Positions 10,760-22,136 of a stretch of DNA of 64,000 nt are shown here, in pieces (position 1 is the first letter of the stretch; the number at the start of each line of letters is the position of its first letter). Origin of the DNA: an uncultured Isosphaeraceae bacterium (GTDB taxonomy: Bacteria; Planctomycetota; Planctomycetia; Isosphaerales; Isosphaeraceae); the NCBI GenBank assembly GCA_963779675.1, contig CAVZZM010000003.1, forward strand, positions 1 through 64,000, given 5' to 3'. The notes below the pieces were generated by a model. It was not told where the DNA came from and searched no databases. It saw nothing but the letters and a program-made list of their open reading frames with translations. Both the position numbers and the translations under genes were made by a program.

Positions 10760-12223
10760 TCACGACTCGCGCAGGCCGACCGAGACGTACTTGGTTTCGA
10801 GGTAGGCGTCGAGGCCCTCGATGCCCAGCTCGCGGCCCATGCCGGATTCCTTCATGCCGCCGAAGGGGCATTGCGGGGTGGCGGGGACGGGGTCGTTGAT
10901 GCCGATGATGCCGGCCTCGAGGCCCTCGGCCATCCGCGTGGCGACGGTCAGGTCGTTGGTGAAGACGTACGCGGCCAGGCCGTAGGGGGTGTTGTTGGCG
11001 GCGGCGATCACGTCGTCGAGCTTGGAGAAGTCGAGCAGCGGCATGACCGGGGCGAACGGCTCCTCGGTCATGAGCTTCATCTGGCCGTCGACCTCGCGGA
11101 GGACGGTCGGCTCGAAGAAGTAGCCCTTGTCGAACCGGGACGACCGGCCGCCGCCGGTCAGGATCTTCGCGCCTCGGGAGCGGGCGTCGTCGATCAGCGC
11201 TGTGGCCTTGTCCAGCGCCTTCTGCTCGAACATCGGGCCGACCTGCACGCCGTCTTCCCAGCCGTTGCCGATCTTGAGGCCCTTCGCCAGCTCGACGGCG
11301 GCCTCGGTGAAGTCCTTGCTGAGCGACTCGTGGACGTAGAACCGCGACGGGGCGATGCAGACCTGGCCGTTGTTGCGGAACTTGCCGATGACGGCCAGCT
11401 TGGCGACCTGCTCGACGTCGGCGTCGGGGAAGACGATCAGCGGGGCGTGGCCGCCAAGTTCCAGGCTGAGCCGCTTGACCTGGTCGGCCGAGCGGCGGAT
11501 CAGCTCCTTGCCGACCTCGGTCGAGCCGGTGAAGCTGATCTTGCGGACCTCGGGCCGCTCGAAGAAGGCGTCGGCGATCTCGCGGGGCTCGCCCATCACC
11601 AGGTTGGCCACGCCGGGGGGCACGCCGGCGTCGTCCAGGCACTCGAACATGCCGATCAGGGTCAGCGGGGTCTGCTCGGCCGGTCGGCTGACGACCGTGC
11701 AGCCGACGGCCAGCGCCGGGGCGATCTTGCGGCTGGGCAGCGATGCCGGGAAGTTCCAGGGGGTGATCGTGCCGACGACGCCGACCGGGTGCTTGATCGC
11801 GTAGTGCCGCCGGTTCATCGTCGTCGGCGGGATGATCCGGCCGTAGGCCCGCTTGCCCTCCTCGGCGAACCACTCGAAGGTGTCGGCGGTGTGCAGGACC
11901 TCGCCCTTGGCCTCGGGCAGCGGCTTGCCCTGCTCCAGGGTGAGCGTGCGGGCGATCGCGTCGGCCCGCTCGCGCATCAGCTCGGCGGTCTTCTTGAGGA
12001 TCTTCGCGCGGTCGTAGGCCGACAGCGCCCGCCAGGCCGGCAGTGCGCGGGCCGCCGCGTCGATGGCCCGCTCGGCCTCGGCCCGGCCGCCGTAGGCGAC
12101 CTCGGCGATCGTCGACTCGTCGGCCGGGTTGATCACCGCCAGCGTCTTCCCGTCGTCGGCGTCGCACCAGCGGCCATCGATGTACATCTGGGTCTGGGTG
12201 ACGGTCTGTGTCGCGGTGGCCAT
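10760..12223 (-). CDS. NAD(P)-dependent aldehyde dehydrogenase (succinate-semialdehyde dehydrogenase-like)
   Basis: MATATQTV... with GSTEVGK, ELGGHAP, the catalytic FRNNGQVCIAPSRFYVHESL, and PFGGMKESGMGRE. The ORF is full-length with no frameshift. Confidence 0.9.
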   Translation of the reverse strand: MATATQTVTQTQMYIDGRWCDADDGKTLAVINPADESTIAEVAYGGRAEAERAIDAAARALPAWRALSAYDRAKILKKTAELMRERADAIARTLTLEQGKPLPEAKGEVLHTADTFEWFAEEGKRAYGRIIPPTTMNRRHYAIKHPVGVVGTITPWNFPASLPSRKIAPALAVGCTVVSRPAEQTPLTLIGMFECLDDAGVPPGVANLVMGEPREIADAFFERPEVRKISFTGSTEVGKELIRRSADQVKRLSLELGGHAPLIVFPDADVEQVAKLAVIGKFRNNGQVCIAPSRFYVHESLSKDFTEAAVELAKGLKIGNGWEDGVQVGPMFEQKALDKATALIDDARSRGAKILTGGGRSSRFDKGYFFEPTVLREVDGQMKLMTEEPFAPVMPLLDFSKLDDVIAAANNTPYGLAAYVFTNDLTVATRMAEGLEAGIIGINDPVPATPQCPFGGMKESGMGRELGIEGLDAYLETKYVSVGLRES

Positions 12224-12544
12224 GCTGTCATCCTCGCGGTCGTGCGCCTGTTGAAGACGGTGTAACGGGCCGGGGTCCATCCTTCGGGTGTTTGGTCCCC
12301 ACCATAACCGCCCGGGCCGTCCCGGTTCAACCGACGAGCGTTGCCACGAACCGTCGTCCGGAACGCGACGTCAACCCCGTTCCGGATCAATTCCAGGGAT
12401 CGGCGCGTCTCTCGACTTCCGGCGAAACCCGCGTCGGCGGCTCAAGGGGCGTCCTCGTTGCGACCGATACAAGCCGTGCCGAGCGATGGGTTCCCGGCCC
12501 GTTTGTGTCGTATGGTCCGATCCTTCGTTCCCGGACGTGATTTC

Positions 12545-13248
12545 ATGAGTGCGAACTCCGGCCGTCGCGGCCGACGATTCTATCGGGTGTTCGGGCTGGC
12601 GATGCTGGGTGTGTTGTGGGTCGTCCACCCTCTCCGCGACGGCGCAGGCCAGCCCCTTGTGGGGCCTGGCGGGCACATGCCTTCGCGGCCCGCCAGCAGG
12701 CGTTGCGAGCGACCCATCCAGACAGGATGGCTCGACTTACGCCGACGGCCCGGGTGCAATCCCTGGCGTTCCCGAGCCGCGCTCCCGTGTTTGCGCAGGG
12801 CACGGGCGGCCCGAACGAAGCCTATTTTCGATGGGCGTTGCAAACTCACTCGACAAAGGTCGCTGTTCCATCGGCCTTGCGGCGGATGAACCTGCTGACG
12901 GCCAGCGGGACCATGGCCGACTGGGCCTATGTCGACTATCTCGGCTGGCGTCGCAGCCTGGCCCCGGCCCGGTTCGACTATTTCCATCCGGACTACGCCC
13001 AGATGTTCCAGATCGACCAGCAGGTCCGCCAGCAGACGTTTCCACCGATCACGCCACCGTGCGAGCCGCCCGTCCGACCCCGCACGCAGAACCCGGAGCC
13101 GCCGCAAGTTCCCGAGCCATCCTCGGCGCTGATCGCCCTGGCCCTGTTCGGCGCCGGCTGGTGCGCCCGTCGCCATCGAGCGCGGCGTCAGTCTCCCCGG
13201 GACGAGGGGGCGGCAATGGGCGGGAACAGGCCGTCGAGCGGAACGTGA
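12545..13248 (+). CDS. PEP-CTERM domain protein, probably frameshifted
   Basis: Signal-like N-terminus MSANSGRRGRRFYRVFGLAMLGVLWVV (frame 2). C-terminal motif PQVPEPSSALIALALFGAGWCARRHRARRQ (frame 1). Confidence 0.35.
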
Positions 13249-13773
13249 AGTCCGGGCAGTACGGCGCCGCCGTCGAGTTCCGCCGTTGTGTCGAGAATGG
13301 AGACCGTTGTTGGTGACGTATAGACGTAGATAAGCCGCTCACTCGGAATGACCACCCAGACCAGCCGAACACCGACGTCGAAATATTCGCGGACCTTGCC
13401 CACGACCTCGTAGAAGGAGTCGGTTGGGCTGACGACCTCGACGGCCAGGTCCGGGATCACGTCCCAGGCCGGTGCCTCGGGGATGGGGACAGTCGAGCGG
13501 CCAGTGATCCGACCGAGACGAAAGCCAGATCGGGACGACGGCGGAGCATGGGCTCCCGTCGAGGACGAAGAGCGTTTCGGCGGCCACTTGCCCCAGGTTG
13601 CGTGCTTCGACATGGACCACGAGACGAGAGCTCAATTTTGTTCCGAACAAATTCGCGGGAACACCCATCGGCGGCAACTCCACTCGACGGCCATCGACGA
13701 CCTCGTACAGCGGCTCGTCGCCCGAGGGTTCCGGCAGCGCTTCGGTCGGATTCAGGGTCTCGGCCTGGGACAT
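13188..13773 (-). pseudogene. Uma2-family (DUF820) putative endonuclease, frameshifted
   Basis: LYEVVDGRRVELPPMG ... then PDLAVEVVSPTDSFYEVVGKVREYFDVGVRLVWVVIP, split across two overlapping ORFs (13339-13773 and 13188-13613). Confidence 0.6.
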
Positions 13774-13979
13774 GGTCGGGCCTCCTGATCGTTCGAGACT
13801 CGGTTCGCCACGTCTCTATGTTAACGCAATGGGGGGCATGGGGTCATGTCCCGGTCATTCTGGTAAAATGTCGGGGATGAACACCGCCCGCGACGGTCGT
13901 GTCCGACGGGGAGGCGGCGGGTTGAGACAAGGGACAGGGACAGGGACGGCCCCCAGGCCCGGACGAGAGATGGCGATGA

Positions 13980-15621
13980 GCGACGATCCGCGTCGGTATC
14001 TTCCTCACCACGGCGATCGACTATCCCAACAGCCGGCCGCACATCGGCACGGCCTTCGAGAAGATCGGCGCCGACGTCCAGGCGCGGTTCCGACGCATGG
14101 AAGGCGCGCGCCGTCCACTTCCTGATGGGCAACGACGAGAACACCATCAAGGTCTCCAAGCGGGCCGCCGAACTGGGCGTCGAGCCGAAGGCCTACGTCG
14201 ACGACATGGCCCGGCAGTTCCAGGAGGTCTGGAAGGCGCTGGAGATCTCCAACGACGACTTCATCCAGACCAGCGAGGAGCGGCACCACGTCGGCTGCCG
14301 GACAGTTCATCCAGGCGGTTTACGACGCCGGCGACATCGACAAGGCGACGTACAAGGGCCTGTACTGCGAGGGCTGCGAGGAGTTCAAGACCGCCAAGGA
14401 GGCCGTCGCCCCCGACGGCCGCGAGTTCAAGACGATCGAGGAGGTCGAGGCCGGCGGCGGGCGCTGCCCGAACCACCCGAACACGCCGCTGCGGATCGTC
14501 GAGGAGGAGAACTACTTCTTCCGCCTCTCCGCGTTCCGCGACCGCCTGCTCGCCCACTACGAGGCCCACCCCGAGTTCATCCAGCCCGAGAGCCGCCGCA
14601 ACGAGATCGTCAAGCCTGGTGAGTCCGGCCTCCAGGACGTCTCGATCAGCCGCAAGGGGTTCACCTGGGGAATCCCGGTCCCGTTCGACGAGGAGCAGAC
14701 GATCTACGTCTGGTTCGACGCCCTGCTGAACTACATCACCGCCATCGGCTACGGCACCGACGACGAGCGATTCCGGGCCAACTGGCCGGCGGACGTCCAC
14801 GTCATCGGCAAGGACATCACCCGGTTCCACTGCGCCTTGTGGCCGGCGATGCTGATGTCGGCCGGGTTGCCGCTGCCGAGACAGGTCTTCGCCCACGGGT
14901 TCGTCTACCGCAAGAACGAGTCGAGCGGCACGGTCGAGAAGATGAGCAAGTCGCTGGGCAACGTCGTCGAGCCGATGGAGATCATCCAGAAGTTCTCGGC
15001 CGAGGCGTTCCGCTACTACTTCATGAGCCAGTGCCCGTTCGGCGGCGACGGCGAGTTCTCGTTCGAGCGGTTCGCCGAGGTCTACAACGCCGACCTGGCC
15101 AACAACCTCGGCAACCTCTACAGCCGCACCCTGACCGATGTGCGTCAAGTACTTCGACGGCCGGCTCGAAGGCGCTCGGACGGTCGACGCGACCGCCTGG
15201 TGGCGGGCCGAGATCGACCTGCCGAAGCTGGTCGACGAGCTCCGCGGTCTGGTCGGGACGTTCCAGTACACGGCCGCCCTCCAGCGGATCTGGCTGGAGG
15301 TCCTCGACGCGGCGAACCGCTACATCGCGGCGACCCAGCCGTTCAAGCTGATCAAGACCGACCGCGAGGCCACGAAGGACGTGCTGGTCAACCTGGCCGA
15401 GGCCCTGCGGGTCGGTGGCCATCCTGATCAAGCCGTTCCTGCCGGCCACCGCCAGGGTGTTCTACCGTTCGTTCAACTTCGGCGAGGCGACCCCCTGGGA
15501 CGCCGTCTCCTACGCCGACGCCGCCATGCCCGTCATCCTGCCGGAACTGCGGGTTACGGCCGACCTGGTGGAGGGGAAGCCCGCCCCGCTGTTCCCCAAG
15601 ATCGAGGCGGTCGGGGCATAG
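13980..15621 (+). CDS. metG: Methionyl-tRNA synthetase, readable only with about five frameshifts
   Basis: Segments in different frames: TAIDYPNSRPHIGTAFEKIGADVQARF; FLMGNDENTIKVSKRAAELGVEP; KGLYCEGCEEF...CPNHPNTPL; WFDALLNYITAIGY...KMSKSLGNVV; and the anticodon-binding tail ending VGA*. Confidence 0.8.
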
Positions 15622-15766
15622 TTTGGTACGCGGATTGCTACTGTGCTCCTTGACGCCTGACGTGACCTATGCTGAGTTCAGTTGCCCAGTCGGGCGCTTC
15701 GGGGCCAAGGTCATTTCAAGGCCCCACGAACGAGTGATCATCGAGGCCATCGGAAGGGCGATCGCG

Positions 15767-15952
15767 ATGAATACCAGTAACGAACTCGAAGTGACCCTCT
15801 CCGCGGACCTGTACCGGCGTCTCCGTCAGGAGTCGCGTCGGCTGAGCGTGCCGCTACGGTATCTCGTGGCCTCCGTCGTGCTCGACACGATCGAGGACGT
15901 GGAGCCCCGGACCACACGCGACGACTGTTCCGAACCGGCCCTGGCCGTCTGA
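15767..15952 (+). CDS. Hypothetical small protein. It overlaps the tail of the PAP2 ORF on the other strand
   Basis: MNTSNELEVTLSADLYRRLRQESRRLSVPLRYLVASVVLDTIED. ORF only. Confidence 0.15.
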   Translation: MNTSNELEVTLSADLYRRLRQESRRLSVPLRYLVASVVLDTIEDVEPRTTRDDCSEPALAV

Positions 15953-16797
15953 TCTGAACCGGGCGGGCACCCGCGGTTTCGCGACGGCGACAGGCCCCTG
16001 ACCGCCTCCGGGTGATGATTCCCGACAGGCGGAGGGGGCCGCTTTGTTGCGCCTCGGGGTCGTCGTGGTCGATCATTCGATCGTCGGTTCGACCGCGCCG
16101 CGTTGCTGGAGCCAGCGCCGACCAGCCAGCACAGGACCGCCCAGGCCAGGCCGACCGCCCAGCCGGCCAGCACGTCGGTCGGGTAATGCACGCCCAGGTA
16201 GACCCGGCTGATCCCGACCAGGCCGGTCAGGACGAGCGCCACGGCGAGGATGTAGAGCCGGACGGCGGGGCGCTCAACCACCCGGTCCAGCAGCGAGGCG
16301 AGCGTCAGGTAAACCACCGCCGAGTTGATCGAGTGCCCGCTCGGGAAGCTCGACGAGCTGACGTGCGAGAGGTGCGAGACCAGGTCGGGGCGGGGCCGCG
16401 CGAAGAACCCCTTCAGCACGTTGCTCAGAAGCATGCCCCCGAACGTCGCGACGAGCACCAGGCCCGCCGCCTGATACTTGCGGTGCAGCAACAGGAAGCC
16501 GACGACCGCCGCCTCCACCAGCGCGATGACCGCGAACCCGCCGAGCGCCGTCAGGTCGCGAAAGACCTCCTCGACCCACGGCGAGCCGATCGGGTCGGAC
16601 GGATCGTCGGGGTTCCGCAACGCCAGGATGACGGCCTCGTCAACCCGTTTCGTGTCCCCCTCGGCCACCTCATCGGCCAGCGCGAGAAAGCCCCAGAGCG
16701 CGACCACCGCGACCAGCAGGGCCAGCATCACAATCAGGTCGAGGTCGCCCACCCACCTGATGACCGGGCGAAGCCGCTCGCGAAATCGAGAGATCAT
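15826..16797 (-). CDS. PAP2-family membrane phosphatase with a long, uncertain low-complexity C-terminal tail
   Basis: KGFFARPRP ... PSGHS ... SRVYLGVHYPTDV are the acid phosphatase motifs, with several TM helices. The domain ends near 16150, so the tail to 15826 may not be real. Confidence 0.7.
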   Translation of the reverse strand: MISRFRERLRPVIRWVGDLDLIVMLALLVAVVALWGFLALADEVAEGDTKRVDEAVILALRNPDDPSDPIGSPWVEEVFRDLTALGGFAVIALVEAAVVGFLLLHRKYQAAGLVLVATFGGMLLSNVLKGFFARPRPDLVSHLSHVSSSSFPSGHSINSAVVYLTLASLLDRVVERPAVRLYILAVALVLTGLVGISRVYLGVHYPTDVLAGWAVGLAWAVLCWLVGAGSSNAARSNRRSNDRPRRPRGATKRPPPPVGNHHPEAVRGLSPSRNRGCPPGSDQTARAGSEQSSRVVRGSTSSIVSSTTEATRYRSGTLSRRDS

Positions 16798-17059
16798 CTG
16801 TCGCTGTCCTCCTCACAGGGCCTCCATGATGGGCAACCGCCCCACCCGAGGTCAACGCGACCGCCCATCGGACCTACTCGAGAATTGCCCCCGCCCCTGT
16901 TGGTGGCTTCCGATCCGGGATATTGTGCGGCAAGATGGGAACCACGGGTGGCGCTGACGGCGCCCAGCGCCCGTTTCGTCACCCCGACCCCCCCGTGGCG
17001 TCGAAAACTTCCCCACGACCGGATTGATGTCCAGGCCGGACAGAAGGATCGGTTGAGGC

Positions 17060-19098
17060 ATGCACCGCGAGTACGACCCCTCCCAGATGGGCCTCGGCCA
17101 CGTGGTCGATCCGGGCGGGCACGATCATCACCACGATCACGACCATCCTCAACACGACCACGAGGCGGAGCGGCGACGGCTCGTGGGGACAACCGTGGTC
17201 GTCGGGGTGTTGCTGGCGGCGCATCTGGTGCTACCGTTCTGGGCACCGGCCTACGCGCGGCCGTTCGGGGTGCCGCTGGCCTTGCTGGCGGCGATCATCG
17301 GCGGGGCTCGCGTGGTGTACCTGGCCCTATCGGCCTTGCTGGAGGGTCGGATCGGGGCCGACATCGCCCTGGCCATCGCCACCGTCGCGGCGGCCGTGCT
17401 GGGCGAGTACTTCGTCGCCGCCGAGGTCGTCTTCATCGCCCTGGTCGGCGAATGCCTGGAGGCGTACACCTTCGGCCGGGCCCAGCGGGCCATCCAGAAG
17501 CTGCTCGATCTGCGGCCCCGCACCGCCCGGGTGCGTGCGCGATGGCGTGGAAGTCGAGGTGCCGGCCGACGTCCTGGGCGTCGGCGACCTGCTGATCGTC
17601 CGGCCCGGTGAGCGGATCGCGGCCGACGGCGAGGTCGTCGGCGGACGCTCGGCGGTCGACCAGTCCGCCCTGACCGGTGAGAGCCTGCCGGTGGACAAGG
17701 GACCGGGCGAGCCGGTCTACACGGGCACGATCAACGCTTTCGGTCGCCTGGAGGTCCGCGCCGAGAAGGTCGGCGCCGGGACGACGCTGGGGCAGGTCAT
17801 CCGGCTTCTGGCCGAGGCCAGGCCGCAAGTCGCCCCTGGAACGCACCGCCGACCGCTACGCCCGGCTGTTCCTGCCGGCGGTGGCCATCGCGGCGGCGGC
17901 CGTGTTCGTGCTCACCAACGCCTCGGCCCTGTGGGGCCTGGCGCGTACCGGAACGCTCGGGGCGGCGCTCGACGTGATGCCGACCCTGGCGGTGCTCGTC
18001 GTGGCCTGCCCCTGCGCCTTGATCCTGGCCACGCCGGCCGCCGTCCTGGCAGCCACGGCACGGCTGGCGCGCCAGGGGGTCCTGGTCAAAGGGGGCGCGG
18101 CGATCGAGCGGCTCGCGGCCGTCAACTGCCTGGCCTTCGACAAGACCGGCACCCTGACCGAGGGCCGTCCCGAACTGGGCGACGCGGTCGCCCTGGGCGA
18201 CTGGGATGCCGACGCCCTGCTGCGACTGGCCGCCGCCGCCGAGCAGTCGAGCGAACACCCGCTCGCCACCCTGATGGTCCGGGAGGCCCGGAGCCGGGAG
18301 ATCGACCTGCCCCCCGCCGACGATTTCCGGGCCCATCCGGGCGCCGGTGTTTCGGCGCGGGTGGACGGCCGTGCCGTGCTGGTCGGGAACCCCCGGTTGT
18401 TCCGCGAACAGGGCGTGGACGTGCCCCCCGAGGTCGAACAGGCGCTGAAGGCCCTGGATGAAACGGGCCAGACGGCGCTGTTGGTGTCCGTCGACGGGCA
18501 GGTTGCCGGTGTGCTCGGCGCCCGCGACACCGTCCGACGCGAGGCCCACGACGTCCTCCACGACCTGAAGCACCTCGGCCTGAAGGACCAGACGATCCTC
18601 ACCGGCGACCGTCCCGCGCCGGCGCTGGCCGTGGCGAAAACGGTTCATCTGAAACAGGTTGAGGCCGAACTGACGCCGGCCCAGAAGGCGGAGTGGGTCG
18701 CTCGCAAGCAGCGCGAGGGGAAGGTTGTCGCCATGATCGGCGACGGCATCAACGACGCCCCGGCGCTGGCGCTGGCGGACGTCGGGATCGCCCTGGGGGG
18801 CGTCGGCACCGACATCGCCGCCGAGGCCGGCTCGATCATCCTGATGGGCGACCCGCTCGCCCCGCTGCCGGGCGCGATCGAACTGTCCCGCCGCACGGTG
18901 CGGATCATCCGGCAAGGGATCATCCTGTTCGCCTTCGGGCTCAACGGCGTGGCCGTGCTGCTGGCCGGTTTGCGAGTGCTGGGGCCGGTGGGCGCGGCCA
19001 TTCTGCACCAGGTCGGCTCGCTGCTGGTGATCCTGAACGCCATGCGGTTGCTGGGGACCGACGGATTCGCACAGTTCGGCGCGGTCCGCGCCGGACGC
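17060..19098 (+). CDS. Heavy-metal translocating P1B-type ATPase with a His-rich N-terminus and two frameshifts. There is no stop before the next gene
   Basis: HDHHHDHDHPQHDHEAER at the N-terminus. TGES; the CPC motif in VVACPCALILATP; DKTGTLT; the HP motif SEHPLA; GDGINDAPAL. Frame changes near 17530 and 17830. Confidence 0.85.
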
Positions 19099-20185
19099 CG
19101 GTTCGTGGTGGCGTGCCGACGCTGCCGCCCGTCGGTCGTCGGAAACTGGCTTTCGGCCCATCGCCGCGCCGTGGTCGGCACCCTGGCGGGGCTCGGGTTG
19201 CTGGCGTACCTGGGGTCGGGAATCACCGTCATCCAGCCTGGCCAGCGGGGCGTGCTCCAGCGCTGGGGTCGCTACAGGTCGTTACTGGGCCCGGGGTTGC
19301 ATGTTCGCATGCCGGCCCCGGCCGAGCGGGTGACGATCGTCGAGCCCGACCGTGTGCGAGTCGCCCGGGTCGGGCTGGCCACATCACCGACAGAGGAAAC
19401 CGGGGCCGTGGCCTGGAACGCCTCGCACGGCGCCCGTCGGGACGACGCCGCGTTGTTCCTGACCGGCGACGAGGGCCTGGTCGAACTGGCCGGCGTGGTC
19501 GAGTACCGCTACGGCGAGCAGGCCGTCGTCGATCTGCTGTTCGGCGTCGAGGCGCTGGACCCGACCGGCCCGAGCGACCCGGCCGTGCAGGCGGCGGCCG
19601 AGGCCTCGTTCCGCGAGACCATCGGCCGCACGCCGCTGGAATCCATCCTGGTCGGAGGGCGGGAGACGTTCGAGGCCCAGGTCCGCGCCGACCTGTCACG
19701 ACGGCTCGTCGCGGCCGGAATGCCGGTGACGGTCGATCGGGTTCGCGTCCTCGACGCCCATCCCCCGCGCGAGGTGGTGCCGGCCTACCGGGACGTCGCC
19801 GCGGCGCTCTCCGACGTGGAGCGCTACCGCAACGAGGCCGAAGGGTACGCCGCCGAACAGGAATGGGCCGCCAAAGCGGAGGCTCAGGCCCGCCGCGATG
19901 CCGCCGCGACCGAGTCGCACCGTCTGGAATCGCGCGCCGACCGGCGAGCACGACGCCTTCCTCGCCCGCGTCCAGGCCCATGCCCAATCCCCCGCGCTGA
20001 CCGAGTTCCGCCTGCTCTGGACCGCCTTCGCCGACAACTTCGCCGGACGCCCGAAGCTCATCCTCGACCCCCGCGCCCGGGGCCGCCGCCAGGTCTGGCT
20101 CGCCGACCCCGAACAGTTCGGCCTCAACCGCGCGCTGCTGTCGACCCCCGCGTCGGATCGGGGGGATGATGGACTATCCGGATGA
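19099..20185 (+). CDS. SPFH/band-7 protein, HflK-like, with a frameshift near 19920. It is in-frame with the upstream ATPase
   Basis: TM segment AVVGTLAGLGLLAYLGSGI, then ITVIQPGQRGVLQRWGRY...GPGLHVRMPAPAERVTIVEP. The C-terminus reads RPKLILDPRARGRRQVWL in the other frame. A possible GTG start lies at 19099. Confidence 0.65.
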
Positions 20186-20255
20186 TTGACGAACGACCGT
20201 TTCCAGGCCGTATGATTGTCGTGGACATCGAACGCGAGGACGGAGGAGGAAGACA

Positions 20256-20555
20256 ATGGCCACGGCGAACGATCTGGAGCGGCGCGTCGCGGCACTCGAA
20301 GCGGAGGTGTCTCGATTGAAGTCGAGATTGGAGGAAGGGCTACCCTCTTCTTCCCGGAAACAGGGTTGGCAGGCGATCGTTGGGAAATTCGCCGACGATC
20401 CGACCTACGAAGAAGCCATGAGGCTCGGACGCGAGTACCGGGAATCCCAGCGGCCCGGTCGCAAACCCACGAAGGCGAAGTCCACCAAGCCGAAGTCCGC
20501 CAGGCCGAAATCCACGAAGGCGAAGTCCGACAAGCCCAAGGTCAAGAAGGGCTGA
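20256..20555 (+). CDS. Putative antitoxin: a small coiled-coil protein with a Lys-rich tail
   Basis: 99 aa. Its stop lies 1 nt before the PIN toxin start. Confidence 0.45.
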   Translation: MATANDLERRVAALEAEVSRLKSRLEEGLPSSSRKQGWQAIVGKFADDPTYEEAMRLGREYRESQRPGRKPTKAKSTKPKSARPKSTKAKSDKPKVKKG

Positions 20556-20556
20556 G

Positions 20557-20982
20557 ATGTTCGTGCTGGACACCGATCACATCAGCATCCTGGAACGGAG
20601 CGAGAGCCAACCGGGCCAGCGATTGCAATCTCGGCTGGTCGTCTATCCGCCGGGAGAGGTCATGGCGACGGTCATCTCCTATGAGGAGCAAATTCGAGGT
20701 TGGATGGCCATGCTTGCACGTTCGCGTGCCATCCACCAGCAGATCGAGGTTTACCGAAGGCTCCATCGCCAGTTGGACCACTACCGTAACCTCCATCTCC
20801 TCGACTTCGATGAGACGGCCGCCGCGGAGTTCCAGGGGCTCCGGGAGGCTCGAATCCGCATCGGCACGATGGACCTCAAGATTGCCGCCATTGCCCTGGC
20901 CCACGATGCCACCCTGCTGTCTCGCAACCTCGTCGACTTCCACAAGGTGCCCGGGTTGCGGGTCGAGGACTGGACCGAATAA
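20557..20982 (+). CDS. vapC: PIN-domain ribonuclease toxin (VapC family)
   Basis: MFVLDTDHISIL ... DLKIAAIALAHDATLLSRNLVDF. Confidence 0.8.
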   Translation: MFVLDTDHISILERSESQPGQRLQSRLVVYPPGEVMATVISYEEQIRGWMAMLARSRAIHQQIEVYRRLHRQLDHYRNLHLLDFDETAAAEFQGLREARIRIGTMDLKIAAIALAHDATLLSRNLVDFHKVPGLRVEDWTE

Positions 20983-21006
20983 TCCGAGACAACGCGAGTC
21001 TCTCCC

Positions 21007-22010
21007 ATGCGCATCCTCGCTCACAACGATCACGGCCAGGAACCCGGTGGCGGCCCTGAGCACGACGACCACGATCATGATCATGATCATGAACACGATC
21101 ACAGCCACCACCATCATCATCACCATGACCCGCCCCGGCGGCGCGGGTGGGGGTGGGTCTCGGTGTTCGGGCTCGGCCTGATCGTCCTGGCCATCCTCGC
21201 GGCGGTGCGGTCGGTGGTGATCGTCGATCAGGCCGAGGCGGTCTACGTCACCGAGTTCGGCAGGCCGGTCCGGCTGCTGACCGAGCCGGGGCTGCATTTC
21301 AAGTGGCCGTACCAGAGCCGTCGAGGGTTCGACAGGCGGCTCCAGGTCGACGCTCCGCCGCCTCGCGAGATGCTGACGAAGGACAAGAAGAACCTGCAAG
21401 TCGCCTGGTACGTCGGCTGGAAGATCGACGATGTGGACCGGTTCCTCCGCACCGTGCGGACGATGCCCGACGCCTCGGCGCGGCTGGAGGACATGGCCGC
21501 CTCGGTGATCGCCGCCGAGCTGGGCGGGCCACGACCTGACCGAGATCGTCCGGGTCGGCGACGACTCGGCGCTGCGGCCACATGATGGGCGAGGTCGCCG
21601 CCGATCTGCGCGAGCAGGCCGGCCGACGAGTACGGCCTGGAGGTCGTCGACCTGCGGCTCCGGCGGCTGAACTATCCCGAGGAGGTCCGCCCGGCGGTCT
21701 TCGAGCAGATCCGCTCCGAGCGCAAGCGGGTCGCCGCCGCCACGCGGGCCGAGGGGGAGAGCCAGGCCCGACAGATCCGCTCGGCCGCCGACCTGGAGCG
21801 ATCGCGGACTCGTCGCCGAGGCCGAGGCCGACGCCGCGCGGACCGTCGGCGAGGGGGAGGCCGAGGCCACCCGCATCGCCAACGAGGCCCACGCCGCCGA
21901 CCCCGACTTCTACGCGTTCCTCAAGACCCTGGAAACCTACCGCGCCGCGCTCGACAACCGGACGACCCTCGTCCTCTCGGCCGACAGCCCGTTCCTCGAA
22001 GCTGCTGACC
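21007..22010 (+). CDS. SPFH/band-7 protein, HflC-like, with a poly-His/Asp N-terminus. It is frameshifted, and its C-terminus runs in-frame into the next SPFH gene
   Basis: DHDHDHDHEHDHSHHHHHHHD; a TM segment; VIVDQAEAVYVTEFGRPVRLLTEPGLHFKWPY; later LRRLNYPEEVRPAVFEQIRSERKRVAA ... DPDFYAFLKTLETYR in other frames. Confidence 0.65.
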
Positions 22011-22136
22011 CGCGGTGTCGGTCGAACTGCCGGCCGACGCACCCGACCGGCCGCGGCAGCCCCGGCATGGCCCGCCGCCCGACCGACGACGCGCGCGAAC
22101 CCCCGCCAACGCCACGCCCGGTGGAGGACCGGCCAT

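Noticed and set aside
10310-12265. Large + strand ORFs (651 aa; also 506 aa on the minus strand in another frame) overlapping the ALDH gene
   Set aside because: The ALDH gene on the minus strand has complete motif support. The overlapping ORFs are low-complexity GC artefacts
16012-17595. 527-aa + strand ORF spanning the PAP2 gene antisense and the ATPase upstream region
   Set aside because: Arg/Pro/Gly-rich low-complexity translation. The PAP2 gene (minus strand) and the ATPase start at 17060 explain the region
17677-20169. Confident call of a true ATPase-HflK translational fusion
   Set aside because: The overall frameshift density makes a missing stop codon just as likely to be an artefact. 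A GTG at 19099 could start a separate HflK-like gene. It is reported as a finding with caveats rather than as a fused feature
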